The notes under the pieces were generated by a model that made no database searches, was not told the origin of the DNA, and was given only the letters and a program-made list of their open reading frames with translations. DNA of 64,000 nt, taken from Felis catus (Eukaryota). This document shows, piece after piece, positions 37,396 to 51,700 of this stretch. The stretch's first letter is position 1. Every line of letters starts with the position of its first letter. The position numbers and the translations under genes were made by a program. Where the stretch lies: the NCBI RefSeq assembly GCF_018350175.1, contig NC_058368.1, positions 65,722,001 to 65,786,000 on the forward strand. Reading direction: 5' to 3'.

Positions 37396-39946
37396 TGCCT
37401 TTCCTCCATAGTCTGTTTTAGAGCCTGTTTCTGACAGTTATCTGCTGGATGAGAATCACATTTACTTTACTTCACCCCTCAGGAAAGAAAACAAATACTC
37501 CAAATGTCTCAAATGACACTGCACTCAATTTATTCAATTTCCTTGTGTTACCCTTTAGGGAATTCTAGCAGCAATGGCTTTGGACTCTACCATCACTGGG
37601 GATTTTTGCTGCTTTCCTCTGGTATTCATTTACCGAAGACTTTTTTTGAAGTGCCATTAAATTATTCCTTTTTATAAGTACCTAATTCACTGCGTGCATA
37701 TGAATTTCTTTTCTCAAAATCTACTTTTCATAAGTATTTTTGGCAGACATCTGATGACATGCATTTTTACCAATGTCTTTATAAAGATGCCAAATCTGTA
37801 ATATGAGTTCAATACATACTTATGGCGTGCCTGTCCACTAGACTCGACACTTTAGTGGAAGATACTCTAGCTTTCCTGAAATCCAGTCTTTGCGGAAAGC
37901 CGAATTATAAACCAGTGATAGAAACCCCTCCCCCTTGCCAGCACTATGCTTGAATCATTACTACATTTGTGCCGCTGATCCTCAGAATGCGTCTTCAGGG
38001 TTAAGTGTTCTACCCTGGCCATACGTGTCAGGGAAAAGGTGAGGCTGAGTTTACAGTTTTCTGACTCCAGAGGAAATCATTCTATATGTTCTACTGAGGG
38101 GCATCCTGCCCATTTATTGACAGAGTAGACTGAAGTCAGATACACAGGCTGAGTGGGAAAGTTATTTTAGAATCAAAGGAATAATGTCCTTGGCTAAATT
38201 TAGCATATTACTATGTTATTCAAGTAAGCATTCTATAAAAGAAGAAAGCAATAAGGCTATAAGGCGTATACGTAATCAATCTAGCCTACTGTTCTTCCAA
38301 GCTAAAGATTCTTCAATAGGTGAAGTTTAATTAATCTTGAAAATGCCGTTCACATCCTTACTTCTTAGCCTTTCCAAGACTTAGCAACTTTCACTGTGTC
38401 ACTGCTCTGCCTCGTATCTAACTTACAGACGGACGTTCTTCCCTTATAGAGATTGAGAACATCTGGTTGACACCCTTTTGGTAATAACCTTTCTTATTTT
38501 CTTGATTTTAAAGTAGACTCAGATGCCATTATTCTTAGAAAATGACATTTTTATATTGGAGTTCCTTTTGCTCCATGACTGTTGAATATATACTTCTTCT
38601 GTGGCTCTCAGACATTTCCCTCTCAAGAGGTTTTCATAATTCTGAAAACATTCCTTCTTTTAACTGAAATTCTGTCGTCAATTACTTTGTTTGCGCAGCT
38701 GAGCATGATTTGTCCTAAAAGGAAAACAGGAAATTCAGAAACAAATTTATGTTCTTAGGTGTTTGTTCTTTATTGGAAGAACTACACAGTGTATTTCCGA
38801 ACTGTGATTTTGGGTTCATTCAACGGTGAAGTGTTAAAAGTAAATAGTGTCACCAAAGTACCTTCTAGTGTCAGGCCTACTTTGGATCTGAGTCATTTTT
38901 CTTTATTGAACAGAGAAGAGATATAACTCACCTGCCTGGTTGAAAACAAGATTCCCATCATAAGGTGTTACCATACTTTCAAATTATTAACAGCAAATAT
39001 TAAAATGAACAGTTGAGGACTGTGAACGAGCATAATTGAAAACACACTTAGGTTCTATAAAATAAGATCAGGATCCATCAGTTACTCAAGGTTTACGTAG
39101 CTTATTTCCTCTTGCTTATAAATTACCATTATATATAAATGTTTTCAATTTCCTCTTGAGTGAAAAAACTACACTCAATGACAGACTATTCTAGGAAAAT
39201 AAAGAAAGGGGATATTTTTTATGAAGGGGCTTCTTTTCCTGAATTCGTATTTTGAATTCCATGAACCATTTTGAAGCAATTAAAATTAATGTATTTAAAG
39301 AAGAAAGTTATTTTAATACTCTTGAACAAAAGTAAATGCATTTCCAATATTTTTAGTGAAATCGACACCGGGTTACTACAAAAACGGTACATATATCTTT
39401 AATTTAAAATAAAACATCTCTGGAGAACATTAAATAATTCAAGAGTATCATAGTACAGAACACACAGACTTGTAGAATTGACTGCATACATTTTTTGAAA
39501 ATTTATCCTGCCAAATATGTAAGTAATCAAGCTTTCAAAGATATCACACCTTTTTCTTTTTCTAGCAAATTGGGTAAATGTGACTTTTGTGATTTATACA
39601 GAAACCAATACTGATATGTAAGGGGAAAAATACCAAGAGGAGTTACGAGGGAGAGAGCTCACCTGTCTATTAGGATCCTTATCTGTCCATTGGCTCTGTT
39701 AAGTTTATGTTCGAAATTGACACTTTTTTCTTAAATATTGATTATTCCTTAGATTTTTTGCCCTATGTAAATTAATTCCATATTTAAAGTTTCCCAAGGA
39801 AATACTTGATCCACATGAGGAAACTGAATTTTCTTATAGTGTTGAACTTTGTAAAGGGGTTAAATCACTCTATATTTTTTTATTGCCAATAGTGTGTATA
39901 TTGGAAATTTAAAGTAATTGTTTTCCCCAAAGTATGAGTAAGATGG

Positions 39947-40020
39947 CAGATATTGCAGATAATCCAAATACTGTTGAATGTCAGATATTGTGGATAATTC
40001 AAATACTCTTGAGTGTCAGA
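39947..40020. repeat. Diverged 35-bp tandem duplication
   Basis: cagatattgcagataatccaaatactgttgaatgt / cagatattgtggataattcaaatactcttgagtgt. Confidence 0.88.
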
Positions 40021-40508
40021 AAGTTATAAGTCATAATTAAATACACTTTAGGATAAATAATATAAACATACACTTTAATATTAAAGATAAATTACTCATT
40101 AGAAAACTAGAGACATTTCTACTCTTAACTTGTTCATCTTTTTATTGTTTCTGTTTTTACTTTAAATTACTGCAATGACCTGGAAACAATCATTTGCTTA
40201 AATCAACATTGCCCATGAATGAAATTCAGCTACATCAAGATGACTGCGAAATTAAAAGTAATATGCCAGAGAATGACGGTAAAGTCTTATAAATGCAGGT
40301 GACAAAATGATACATCTGCAAGGAGAGATACCATCAAAACCCTAACTAAACGTTTTCAAGGTCTTACATTCAACAGAGCTAACCTTGAGTTTTTTGTGAC
40401 TTCTTCAGGAATAAATTGTTGGTTTCCCTAACTGTGTTTGCAGAGATCCAGAATGGTAGACAGTAGGAGTGAAGTCAATCATAAATATATCTTCCCATCT
40501 AATTGCTT

Positions 40509-40547
<39 letters not shown>

Positions 40548-40560
40548 TTGTTTTTGTTTT
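40509..40560. repeat. (GTT)n microsatellite
   Basis: Direct reading. Confidence 0.95.
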
Positions 40561-40699
40561 ACCTATGAATCTTTTGTTTTCTGCTGTTGGACATTCTTGG
40601 GCTCTGCTTTATCTCCTCCCAACCCACCTTTTGTTCCAGCAACCAGATGAAAGCAAAATAAGATGCAGCTTACCTTGACTGTACTGTTTCTGTCTAATT

Positions 40700-41030
40700 T
40701 TCCGTCCCAGGGTATCTCTGACACCACCATAGGGCACTGGCAGGGAATCTCTGCTTGCACAAGAATTGATGAAGGAATGTCCCTCTCTTCTATTACTCCA
40801 TCAGACAATTCTTAAGAACATTATGTATGGTTCCTTCTTTGGAGGGTCATGGTGCAAATGGTCCTGAGTTGCCCACTGTATTGTCTGACTGAAGAATACA
40901 CCTCATACTGATTTTCCCTCTCTAGTGATGGATGCTGTTTTCCTCACATTGGTTTCCTGGCGTTACTTCCCAAGTAAATTCCCTGATGCCAGCCTGTGTT
41001 CCAGGCACTGCTTTTCAGAGGGATGGGCAC
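40700..41030. mobile_element. Degenerate ERVL LTR (LTR16/LTR33-like)
   Basis: cttcccaagtaaattccctg...caggcactgcttttcagaggg resembles the LTR terminus. Confidence 0.4.
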
Positions 41031-41559
41031 AGGAAACAACTTGACTCACATTATTTAATTAAAAGTTCATTCTCTCATCCTCCCACTGCTGGCATATGGC
41101 AACAGTTTCTCATACATAAATTCCCATAATTTATATAATTTATTTTCTAACTTCATTATTAATCTATGTGTATTTGGGGGCCAATACTTTATATTTGTAT
41201 AATTGCCATGTCATAGTATGGTTTAAAGTGAAAGGTAATGCTTTTTGTCAAGATTATCTTGTCACATGTACAAATTTCTCCCTATAAGATTTTGGAGGGA
41301 GTTGGTCAGGTATCAGGTATGGAAAATCTTGAGGGATTTTAGTGGGATTACAGTGGATTTACAGATTAATATGAGGAAAAGTGAATTTAATAATTACGTG
41401 TTTTCTCAACCAGGAACACAGCATGTATCTTGGTGTTTCTTGTATTGTTAGGTATGACCTTAAATTAATTTTATTCATATTTTCATACTAGTTGCTAACT
41501 TTATTTCCGTTTGATTTCCTTATTTGTGTTTCCTGAGGTACTTTACTAGAGCATTAAAA

Positions 41560-41775
41560 ATTTTTTTTAAATATTTATTTATTTTTGAGAGACAGAGCAT
41601 GAGCAGGGGAAGGGTGAGAGGGAAACACAGAAAACCAAAGCAGGCTCCAGGCTCTGAGCTATCAGCACAGAGCTATCAGCACAGAGCCTGACGAAAGGCT
41701 CAAACCCATGAACCGTGAGATCATGACCTTAGCCAGAGTCTGGCGCTTAACCAACTGAGCCACCAAGGCACCCCC
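41560..41775 (-). mobile_element. Can-SINE with internal 14-bp duplication
   Basis: gagctatcagcaca occurs twice. Confidence 0.92.
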
Positions 41776-42311
41776 TGAAGCATTTTGTAACTATTTAATG
41801 TCAAACTTTGAAAGGGTAATGACTTTAGAGACCTCCATGGTATATCCAACTACTTTCTAGAAAGAGTTAGTTCTAACAGTCTTTTAGTTTATTCTTTTGG
41901 AGAGTCAAATAAGAGAGTTATATACTTTAAGGTTAATGATAAATTTCATCTTCTTTTCTAACATATGAATCTCTTATTTCTTATTGTTTTTAAATTTTAT
42001 TGACTGAACCCTCTAGAATAATGATGAGTAACACTGATGGTAGTATTATCTTCCAGTCTTTTTTTTTTTTTCTTTTAATGTTAATAGAATGCTGTGTTGT
42101 TGTGGGTTTTTTTGTTTTGTTTTGGTTTGGTTTTTGTTTCTGCACTGTTATATTATCTCTTTTTCGGGTTCTGATAACTATTCCTTATCATTAGTTGAAT
42201 AAATTTCTTGATATTCCTAGATTAATAAGCATTTTTGTCAATAGTTACTGGATTTTGTTAAATGCCTTTTTACAGAGAGAGGGAGAGAGACAGAAAGACA
42301 GACAGACAGAC

Positions 42312-42520
42312 CAACCAAGAAACAGACTCTTAACTATAGAGAACAAACTGATGGTTACCAGAAACTGGGGGCATGGGTCAATTAGGTGATGGAGATTAAG
42401 GAGTGCATTTGTCTTGATGAGGACAGGGAACTGTATGGAATTGTTCAATTGCTATATTGTACACATACAACTAATACAGCACTGTATGTTAACTAACTGG
42501 ACTTAAAATAAAAGCTTAAA
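42312..42520 (+). mobile_element. Carnivore L1 3'UTR fragment
   Basis: aacagactcttaactatagagaacaaactgatggttaccag...ctgtatgttaactaactgga; TSD aaatgc(c/a)tttt. Confidence 0.88.
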
Positions 42521-42719
42521 AATGCATTTTTTTTTACCAATCTATTGAAATGCTCACATGTTATTTCTACTTAAAAGTGCTAATGTGATGTTTGCTTAGA
42601 GTTGTTAAAATTGAATGATATTTGTATTGCTGGGGTAACCACATATAGTTGTACCTATTACTTCTTTAATATAACTTTGTGTAGCAGTGTTTTATTTTGG
42701 CTTTAAGTACCTAGTTTCC

Positions 42720-42936
42720 TTTTTTTAAATTTTTTTTAATGTTTATTTATTTTTGAGACAGAGACAGGGCGTGAACAAGGGAGGGGCAGAGAGACAGGGA
42801 GACACAGAATCTGAAACAGGCTCCAGGCTCTGAGCTGTCAGCACAGAGCCCGACACAGAGCTCGAAGCCAGGAACTGTGAGATCGTGACCTGAGCCGAAG
42901 TCGGACGCTTAACAGACTGACCCACCCAGACACCCC
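42720..42936 (-). mobile_element. Can-SINE
   Basis: TSD agtaccta(g/c)tttc. Confidence 0.94.
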
Positions 42937-43329
42937 GAGTACCTACTTTCTTAAGGGATTGTAATTTGATCTAATAGTGGTTTTGCCTATCAAGTTACCT
43001 GTGTTTTTCTTATGTGAGCACCTTGAATAACATAGGAAAATGTGCTTGTTGAAGGTTGATAAAAATCACCTATAAAGATTATTTATTTGGGATCCTGCCT
43101 TGAGGGTAATTTTCTGTCCAGTGTTCCTAATGTATTTTGTCCTGGTTGGTCTTTCTATTTCAATTATGTCTTCTCAATTTATGTCTAAGAAAAAGTATAA
43201 ATTCCATTTAAGCTTCCTAAAGGATTAGGATAATTATCTGTCCATAATATGTATTTCAGATATTTATAAAAATTACATACATAATAAGCCACAAATGCAG
43301 ATATCATTTTTTAATTTCCTGTAAGTAGA

Positions 43330-43870
43330 AGCATACAGAATGCCTTCTTTGATCATAGTGCAATAAAAGTGCATATTCATTTTAAAAGACTAGCCAATAA
43401 ATATGTATGTATGTACATATCTAGGCAGAACAAATGATTAGTGATTTAAGGTACTTATTTAGATGACTTTTTCATTAAAGAGCATTTTAGAACAGAAATT
43501 GTCAAATTTAAAAAGTGTAGCTATAAAACACTATTATTCATCCAAAATACATAATTAAGTATTAAGTTTTTAAAAACAGCAATTCATGAAAGTAGTAGAA
43601 AATATTAAGGACTTAAAAGTAAGTGAGCTCAGTAGTCTACTTTAGAATCTAGGGCAAAAACAAATTCAACTAAACATAAAGTAGAAGAAGTGAAATAAAA
43701 GATAAAGCAGAAGGAAATGAACAGAAAACAGCCAAAGTAGCTGATAATAAAGCAAGATCTCGTTCTTTTAAAATGCCAATAAAATAGACAAATTACTGGC
43801 AAGACTAATCAAGAATGAAGACAGGAAACATAAATAACAATTTTAGTAAAAAAAGAGGAGAGATGAAGGG
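43330..43870 (+). mobile_element. Old L1M ORF2 fragment
   Basis: ttctttgatcatagtgcaataaaa...aataaaatagacaaattactggcaagactaatcaag (NKIDKLLARLIK). Confidence 0.7.
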
Positions 43871-43972
43871 ACACAAATACATTTAAGTGGGAGAGAAATT
43901 ATGTCAGTGTGTCTTTGTTCCTTTCTTTAACTTAGAATTTTAGTATGCAAGTTAAAAAAACTTTGTTGCACG

Positions 43973-44205
43973 TTTTTTTTTTTTTTTAATTTTTTTTTTT
44001 TTCAACGTTTATTTATTTTTGGGACAGAGAGAGACAGAGCATGAACGGGGGAGGGGCAGAGAGAGAGGGAGACACAGAATCAGAAACAGGCTCCAGGCTC
44101 TGAGCCATCAGCCCAGAGCCCGACGCGGGGCTCGAACTCACGGACCGTGAGATCGTGACCTGGCTGAAGTCGGACGCTTAACCGACTGCGCCACCCAGGC
44201 GCCCC
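43973..44205 (-). mobile_element. Can-SINE, young SINEC_Fc-type
   Basis: Canonical sequence with long poly(T); TSD acgtttt. Confidence 0.96.
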
Positions 44206-44463
44206 GACGTTTTATGAAGAATTGATACTCACTTTTTTTTTCCTCTCCAGTGCATATTTTATGATTTTACATGACTGCTAGGACATGAGAGGCCTTCTGG
44301 AATTGATTTAAAAATAACTGCCACTTTTATATTGAGTGATTTTAAGGGCCAATTTTTAGATAAAATGAGCTGTTGGATTTAATACTACTTAGTGTAAACT
44401 TCATGGGACTACAGGTGTTTACTTTTTTTTGTTGTTTAATATCAACCATAATTACTCTGTCTG

Positions 44464-44833
44464 CAGCTTCTCTTCTCAGACCAGCGGCCTGACCATCACC
44501 TGAGAGTGCATTCGAAATTCGGATTCTAGGAGCACCTAGGTGGCTCAGTTGGTTAAGCCTCTGACTCTTGGTTTTGGCTCAGGTCATGCATGATCTCACT
44601 TGATCCTGGGATCGAGCCCCAAGTTGGTCTCCATGCTGACAGCGTGGAAGCTGCTTGGGATTCTCTCTCTGGTCTCTCTCTTCCCCTTCCCCTACTCTCA
44701 CTCTCTCAAAAATAAATAAATAAACATTTAAGAAATGCAGATACTAAAGATCCACTCAGTCCTATTGATTTTGAACCCACATTCTGTAGACACCTAGGTG
44801 GTCCCTATTCACATTGAAGTTTCAGAAGCACTG
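44464..44833. mobile_element. MER5-like hAT relic interrupted by a SINE
   Basis: catcacctgagag...agaaatgcaga...aggtggt..ctattcacattgaagtttcagaagcactg. Confidence 0.7.
44529..44730 (+). mobile_element. Can-SINE, older
   Basis: Head ggagcacctaggtggctcag; aaataaataaa tail. Confidence 0.9.
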
Positions 44834-44837
44834 TTCC

Positions 44838-45046
44838 TTTTTTTTTTTTTTTTTTCTTTTAAGACAGAAAGACAGAGCAGGAGCTAGGGAAGGGCAGAGA
44901 GACAGAGGGAGATACAGTATCCAAAACAGGCTCCAGGCTCTGGGCTGTCAGCACAGAGCCAGATGCAGGGCCTGAACCCACTAACCAGTAGATCATGACC
45001 TGAGCCGAAGTTGGTTGCTCAACCAACTGAGCCACCCAGGTGCCCC
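44838..45046 (-). mobile_element. Can-SINE
   Basis: TSD agaagc(a/c)ctgttc. Confidence 0.93.
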
Positions 45047-46181
45047 AAGAGAAGCCCTGTTCTCGATAAATATATATTTAGGTGAAAGGTGAATGTACAA
45101 ACAAGTCTTTTCTCTTTTCTAGTTGAATCTGAGTACAATAGTTAACATATAAATAAAAGGTCAAGTTTACCTACACACTGAAAGTATATTTACTTGTTTT
45201 ATTGAAACAGATTCTAATTTTTCATTTTTATTTCTCATTTGAGTATAAATAGGTTACAAGATAAATAAATATGTAATTATGGAAATAAAGTATGCCTGAA
45301 AGCCCTTAAATATAATTAGGATATTGTAGAAATTACTTCACAGTGGGTGACCCTTACCACTGAGTCTTTAGAAAGAAGGGGGAAAAGAGTCATAGAATAT
45401 CTGTGGTTAAAAATCTCATCATCTGTTAAACATATGCCGAATAATTCCTGGAATTGCTTTTATAACATGATGCTGCTTTCATGCAGTTTATGGAAAATTG
45501 CTATTATTATTAAGAGCAACAACTTCATTGACTTCTAGAATAGCTGATTAAAGTAAAAGTAGAAAAGAAATGAATTGTTAGAATTTCTACTTTGTTTAGA
45601 CCTGCTTCTTTATCCATAAAGGAGGCAAAATGCAAACAATAATTTGCAGATGAGATTAATGAAATAAAGGGAGTCTCTAGCACTAATTAAAATTAAAAAG
45701 GATGAACAGATGGTCTTAACACAGCTGGAAGTATTCTGATGAAATTCTGCCCATGTATTTACTATGGCAACTCTGTTGCAAGAAAACACACCTGTTTACT
45801 TTTCTAAGCGCAAAAATATTATTAAATGCTTTTTTTTTTATTTACTGCTACTTTGGCTGTTAAATCATCCCTTCATCTTTCAGTCTCATTGTTTCCAGAG
45901 TTAATCAGCTTTAAGTAACTTAATAGTATACATACAAGGATGTGTGCCCTTGGGTACAATAATTTTAATCATGACATTCAAATAGCAAGGTGATCATTTG
46001 CTACTTTTTCATTTTTATTTTTATTTTTATTTTTTTGACTGCCTGGGCAAAACCACCCAAGGAGAGTGTGAAAAAATAAAAATACAAGGGTATGAATTCA
46101 TTTTCACAGATTCAAAGAAAGTTTTAAATTTTTTAATATTTAAGATCTCTCTCTAAGTCTTATTCATTATTCAATGTCTTG

Positions 46182-46419
46182 GTTTTTGTTTTTTTGTTTT
46201 TTTTTAATTTTTTTTTCAACGTTTATTTATTTTTGGGACAGAGAGAGACAGAGCATGAACGGGGGAGGGGCAGAGAGAGAGGGAGACACAGAATCAGAAA
46301 CAGGCTCCAGGCTCTGAGCCATCAGCCCAGAGCCTGACGCGGGGCTTGAACTCACGGACCGCGAGATCGTGACCTGGCTGAAGTCGGACGCTTAACCGAC
46401 TGTGCCACCCAGGCACCCC
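46182..46419 (-). mobile_element. Can-SINE, young SINEC_Fc-type
   Basis: TSD ttcaatgtcttg at 46170-46181 and 46420-46431. Confidence 0.96.
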
Positions 46420-46814
46420 TTCAATGTCTTGTTTTTATAACATATACAGGAGACGAGTGATTTTAAATTAGCTGCATTTAAATGGTAAATACATAAATAA
46501 CAATTATTTTATGTTTTCCCTGATATTATTAATAAATACTCAAAAAAAAGTCCAAAGATTACGCTATAATATCACTATAGGCCTGTCTTTCAAGTATAAC
46601 CATTTTTAACATTTTGCTAATTATTTCTGAGCACTTTACATATATATTTTTTCATATTTACAATGACTTTACGTACAATGTTATAGTCCACTCACCACTG
46701 TCTATTAGGCAACTAAGTAATTATTGAGGCATTATTACCAAAACTAGCATCAGACTTAAACATGGGTGATATGACAAATACCTCTACATTTTACTTGATT
46801 TTTAGTATTTAAGC

Positions 46815-47050
46815 TTTGTTTTTCTTTTTTTATATTTATTTATTTATTTTGCGTACGTGTGCGCGTGCGCATGAGAGAGAGAGCACGAGAAGGGAAGGGG
46901 CAGAGAGAGAGGGAAAAACAGAATCCCAAGCAGCCTCCCTGCTGTCAGCGCAGAGCCCGACGCTGGGCTTGATCTCACGAACCAGGAGATCATGACCTGA
47001 GCTGAGATCACGAGTGGTATGCTTAACCTACTACACCCACCAGGTGCCCC
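46815..47050 (-). mobile_element. Can-SINE
   Basis: Reverse head ...caccaggtgcccc; GA region. Confidence 0.9.
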
Positions 47051-47254
47051 AACTTAGTTTTCCATTTAAAGGAAAAAGTGATATGTATTATCCCTTAGTC
47101 TAAGCATTGTTGGTGCCTACAGTCTCCTTCTCATTTTAATAACTTCAATATTATTACCCATTACTGATCACTCTCCTTGAAACTGGAATAAAGATATTTA
47201 TGGGAAATGCAAAAGAGCAGCCAAGAAGATTAGTATTTCTCTTCGTGACATATA

Positions 47255-47682
47255 CATTATACTCATTTCCTTGGACTGCCATAGTTTAGTAGTGCAAACT
47301 GGACTACTTACAACAAGGAAAATGTATTATCTCACAATCTGGAGTCTGGAAGTCTGAAATGAAGGTGTTGGGAGGGCCATGTTGCCTCTGAAGGCTCTAG
47401 AAGAGTGTCTGTGCCATGTTTTCTCATAATTTCGCTGGTGCTGGCAATTTTCATTGTAGACACATCTCTCCAGTCTCTGTCTCCTTCATCACATGGCCTT
47501 TTCCTCTGAGTCTCTGTGTCTTCATTCCTCTTTTTATAAGAACATTAGTCATATTGGAGTAATACCTCCCACCCCGTCTCAGCTTGAATATATCTACAAA
47601 GACCTTATTTCCAAAATAACGTCACATAGATGCTGGTATTAAGACTTTATTGTATCTTTTCATAGGGCACAAACTTACAACA
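47255..47682 (-). mobile_element. MaLR solo LTR (MLT1A/B/C-like)
   Basis: tattatctcacaatctggagtctggaagtctgaaatgaaggtgttgg...cttatttccaaaataacgtcaca. Confidence 0.85.
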
Positions 47683-47927
47683 TGCATTTATATTTGACAA
47701 CATTTAGCTCAATGGCAGCAATAGTGGTGATTCTGTGCTTGATATAAGGATGCTTTACTTTTTAAAATCATATATCTCTTACCTAATGGCATTCCTTCAT
47801 GGCAGAGAGAACTGATATCACCACCATTTTATTAATGATGAGATGATATCATGATTTGTAAGAAGCCAGCCTTTTCCTCTGAGCACTCAGAACCTATTCC
47901 TTGTGCTTTGGTTTCCATCTTTGCTTT

Positions 47928-48730
47928 GATAGACAGTTTCTGACACAGCTCCCAATGAATTCTGTGCCCCATGTTCACACCCTTGTATAAACTCTTCACT
48001 TTAAGTATGATCCGGCCTTGTAACTGGCTTCTAATGAAAAGAATACAACAAAAGTCACAAAATGCAATTTCTGATGAAGTTACAAAGCCTGTGACTTCCA
48101 TCTTGCTAGTACTCTCCCTGTCTTGTTGGCCCTCTCCTCTGAAGCCCTCTCACTTCCTCAGAAAGAAGCCACTTACCTATATTGTGAAATGTTCTATGGA
48201 GGACCAATGTCAAGGACCAGAGGGAGGCCTCCTTCCAAAAGCTTGTGAGAGACTGAGGCATTAGTCAAACGAACTACAGGGCACTGAATTCTGTCAAAAC
48301 CATATGAGTGAGCTTGGAAGTCCATCCTTCCCAGCTGAGCCTTCAGGTGATTGCAGCCTTTGAGAGAACCAGAGTTAGGGGACACAGCTGAGACACACTG
48401 AGATTTCTGACCTACAGAAAAGATGATATAGACGTGCCTGTGTGGCTCACTCAGTTAAGTGTTCGACTCTTGATTTCAGCTCAGGTCATGGTCTCAGGAT
48501 TCATGGCTTTGAGCCCTGCATCAGGCTCTGCATTGACAGCACAGAGCCTGCTTGGGATTCTCTTTCTGCCCCTCTCCCCAGCCCCACCACGCACATCCAC
48601 ACACACTCTCTCTCTCTCTCTCTCAAAAATAAATAAATAAACTTAAAAAAAAAGATGGTATAATAAATGTTGCTGTTTTAAGCCACTCTGTTTTGGTGTC
48701 AGTTGTTACTCAGCAATAGATAACCAGTTT
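47928..48730 (+). mobile_element. MaLR solo LTR (MLT1E/F-like), interrupted by a SINE
   Basis: gagtgagcttggaag...ctgacctacagaaa...aataaatgttgctgttttaagccact...cagcaatagataac. Confidence 0.85.
48431..48650 (+). mobile_element. Can-SINE
   Basis: TSD aaaagatg(a/g)tata. Confidence 0.92.
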
Positions 48731-51700
48731 ACTTCCTCATCCACTTCTGTATGTCATTACCTGCCGGCAGTTGACCAAAGCTTTTTTATATGAAGGTCAT
48801 ATCTTCCAGGTTTTTTTTTTTTCCTAAGCAGATTCTACCCTTTTCTAGTGTTCATGGAGAAAGTGGTGGTACATCCATGGAATTCACTACATGGGTAGGA
48901 GATTGAGAAAGAGAGACTTGGTAAGGAACATGCGTATTCAGCTATAAAAATCCTGTTAATACAGTCTTACATGTTGATGATAAAGATTTTTCCCTCTTGC
49001 CTGGCAACTCAGATTACTCTCAGTTAAAAAGATAGGAAAATTGTTTGAATGGTTCATATTCATGTTTAAATCCTATGGGCGGAGCATGTGATTTGGGGGC
49101 ACAAGACATTATGAAATATTAAAAGATCTTCCATGGTATATAGAGATAGTTGTTTAGTAGATGTTTTCCCACTATAAGTAAATGATAATGTATTTTAACA
49201 AGCTTTTACCATTGGCAATGGCCATATTGCCACCTGGATTTTGTAGATTCCCCACCTGGATTTTTCCAAGCTGAAACAGCAGCTGAAAACCTATAGTAGA
49301 TTTTGATTTGTGACACATATACACACTTTTTCCTTCAAGATATATAGCTTTTAGGGGAAAGGTGTTCCTAAATGTTCTCTCTGATTCATCATTTAAACAA
49401 AATCAAAGTATATAATTTTATTCCTCTGAATTTACTGTCACTCTGGGAATAGGTATTTGTTGATCCTTTCTGTTGACAAGGCTTGTCATTAAATCATATG
49501 GCTACGCTATTCAGTCACTTATGTCTTATACTTTCTAGTGAGATACTATCTCAGGAAGAAAATAACAGTGAATTCTTCATCTTGTACTTTTTTGTTTTCA
49601 AGAGGATTTTCTCAGTAAAATTCCCAGTGCAATAGGGGAGAAATTATATCCCTGCCATGATCTCAAAGACATCATTTTCTGTTATCACCGAACTTCAATT
49701 TAGTATATAGTTTTCCAATGATTAATGACAAGATTTAAAGATAATCTCAGAAATAAAGATGGAGCATATCATTTTTCTGGTATTTTGCTGTGTTTCTTGT
49801 CACTGGCATATTCTGTTATACTTTTGTATCACTAGGATTTATTTACACAAAATTGTGTGTCCTTGGTGTATCACTTTAAAGGTGCAGTCATTCATTGATG
49901 TGTATTTCATCTTGATTTCATAGCAGTGTGATGAAAATCCATCCTTTAAGCATGTTACATCTGTATAAACGAAGGTGATTTTATCCCCCTCTCCAAAAAC
50001 TTTGCTCTCATAGCACCCACAGACTGAAGGTTCCATAAAGAAAGACTAATTGTGTCTCCATGGAGCCTAACATTAAAAAAAGAAAATGACTTCTGTGCAC
50101 TCAAAGGCAAGATTTGTTCAGTAATGAGATAACCACCTATAAAGTTCAATGCTCAGTCTTATGCCTATGCTATTGAACATTTTTCCTAAAGAAACTTGAC
50201 TTAGTCATTTTTAATTGACTCTAAAGTATGAAATTACCTTGAAGAGTGAAATCTGATTTTGAGATTTCAATGAACGTTTGAGAAACAGTCTAATAATATT
50301 CAATGAATGGAAGTGCAGCCAACCTTCTTGGGTGGGAAGCCATAGACTTTTTAAGTGTCAAAAAGAATTGAGTAATCTGTGATCCGATGTTCTTAGTGAA
50401 TTTTAAGTTGACTGTTGGCTTTAAACAGACTATCAAAGGCCAAGATGACAAGCTAGCCACTTATGAAACTCCCTTTTGCTTGCCGACCAGGTAGCTCCTA
50501 AGAGCAGCAGAATTGGAGGGGGAAAGATTGCCAAAGAAACACAGGAATCCTTCTTAGATTCTTTCTAACCTGCTCTGTCTAGTTATGGAGTTTGAAATGA
50601 AAGGAAATGAAAAAGTTCACCCTAGAGAAATGAAAATACATGGAGCGGGTTCCTTGGGGGACCTCCACGCCTGATGAGGATTTGGTCACTTTATTGTGAT
50701 GTGGCTTATGATTTACCACAACCCTGTGCTGTGCGTTACCAGTGATTGCGATTAGAGTCATAACATCATTGCACTTTATGTTTCTCTTAGTCTTTATCAC
50801 TTTGTCAACAAAGCCTCTGTGATATGTTTAATTATTTATTTTTAAAATCAGATATCAGTAAAGTACAAAAAAAAAATTTAATAAAGTTTTCCATGGATGC
50901 ACTATCCAATAACTTGATTAGTAGTGAAATGATTACTTTCATTTAAAAAAATGCTTTATTTCATTTGTTTAGATAATCAAGCAAATCAGCAAGACTGGGG
51001 GCAATAGGATACGTAACCAAGTTTTAAAATCATCTGCAGTCATTAGAATGCTCTCATTTGGACCCGTTGCAAATTGAAGACCCTGAATAAAGTCTCCTTT
51101 ATTTAGATTTAGATATTCCAGGCTACCATTCACTTCAATGAGGATAATAAGATGTAGTCAGAAGCAAAATTAAGACTATATGTATATATATACATATCTA
51201 ATTCCCCCTCAGAAACAAATGCCCATTTATGGAGGCTATTTATTTTTCTTCTCGGTGGCTCTGTTTGAGCCCTCTGATTCCCACATGGAATATGGGGACA
51301 TATTTATGTCTGGTCCTTTGTGTCAGGCCTTTAGGAGGTATTCCCCCATTCCTACCAGACTGTTTGAAATAGCTCTTTGTCAATTGCAGTTCACACCCAT
51401 AAAATTGGCTTTGAGTTTCCACCTTGGTTGAAACTTCCTGGCCAATAACCTCCCTAACCTGAACCAGATGGGGAAAAGTTCACCCAAACAATGTTGGAAC
51501 ATGTTGACCTTGTCCACATTTTACAGAGTAGAAGTTTATAAAAACCTAATCTAAAGTCCTGTTTTCCATTCCTCAGGGTATGTCAGAGAAAATTCCTTAT
51601 CCCTTCTAAGGTCACATACATGTAGAGCTGCAAATCTCTAACATCGGCATCCCATTTTCCCTCTTTTTTTTTCTTCTTTTCAAACCCTCTTTAATTCTTT

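Larger units (their letters stand above)
41200..43200 (-). mobile_element. Old L1M ORF2 fragments, interrupted by younger elements
   Basis: ctctagaataatgatgagta...ggattttgttaaatgc...tctattgaaatg resembles antisense L1 RT region. Confidence 0.55.

Noticed and set aside
37195..37434. PSPPL-repeat and GRGGE-repeat ORFs
   Set aside because: Pentamer microsatellite.
40438..40678. Poly-Cys and poly-Val ORFs
   Set aside because: (GTT)n microsatellite.
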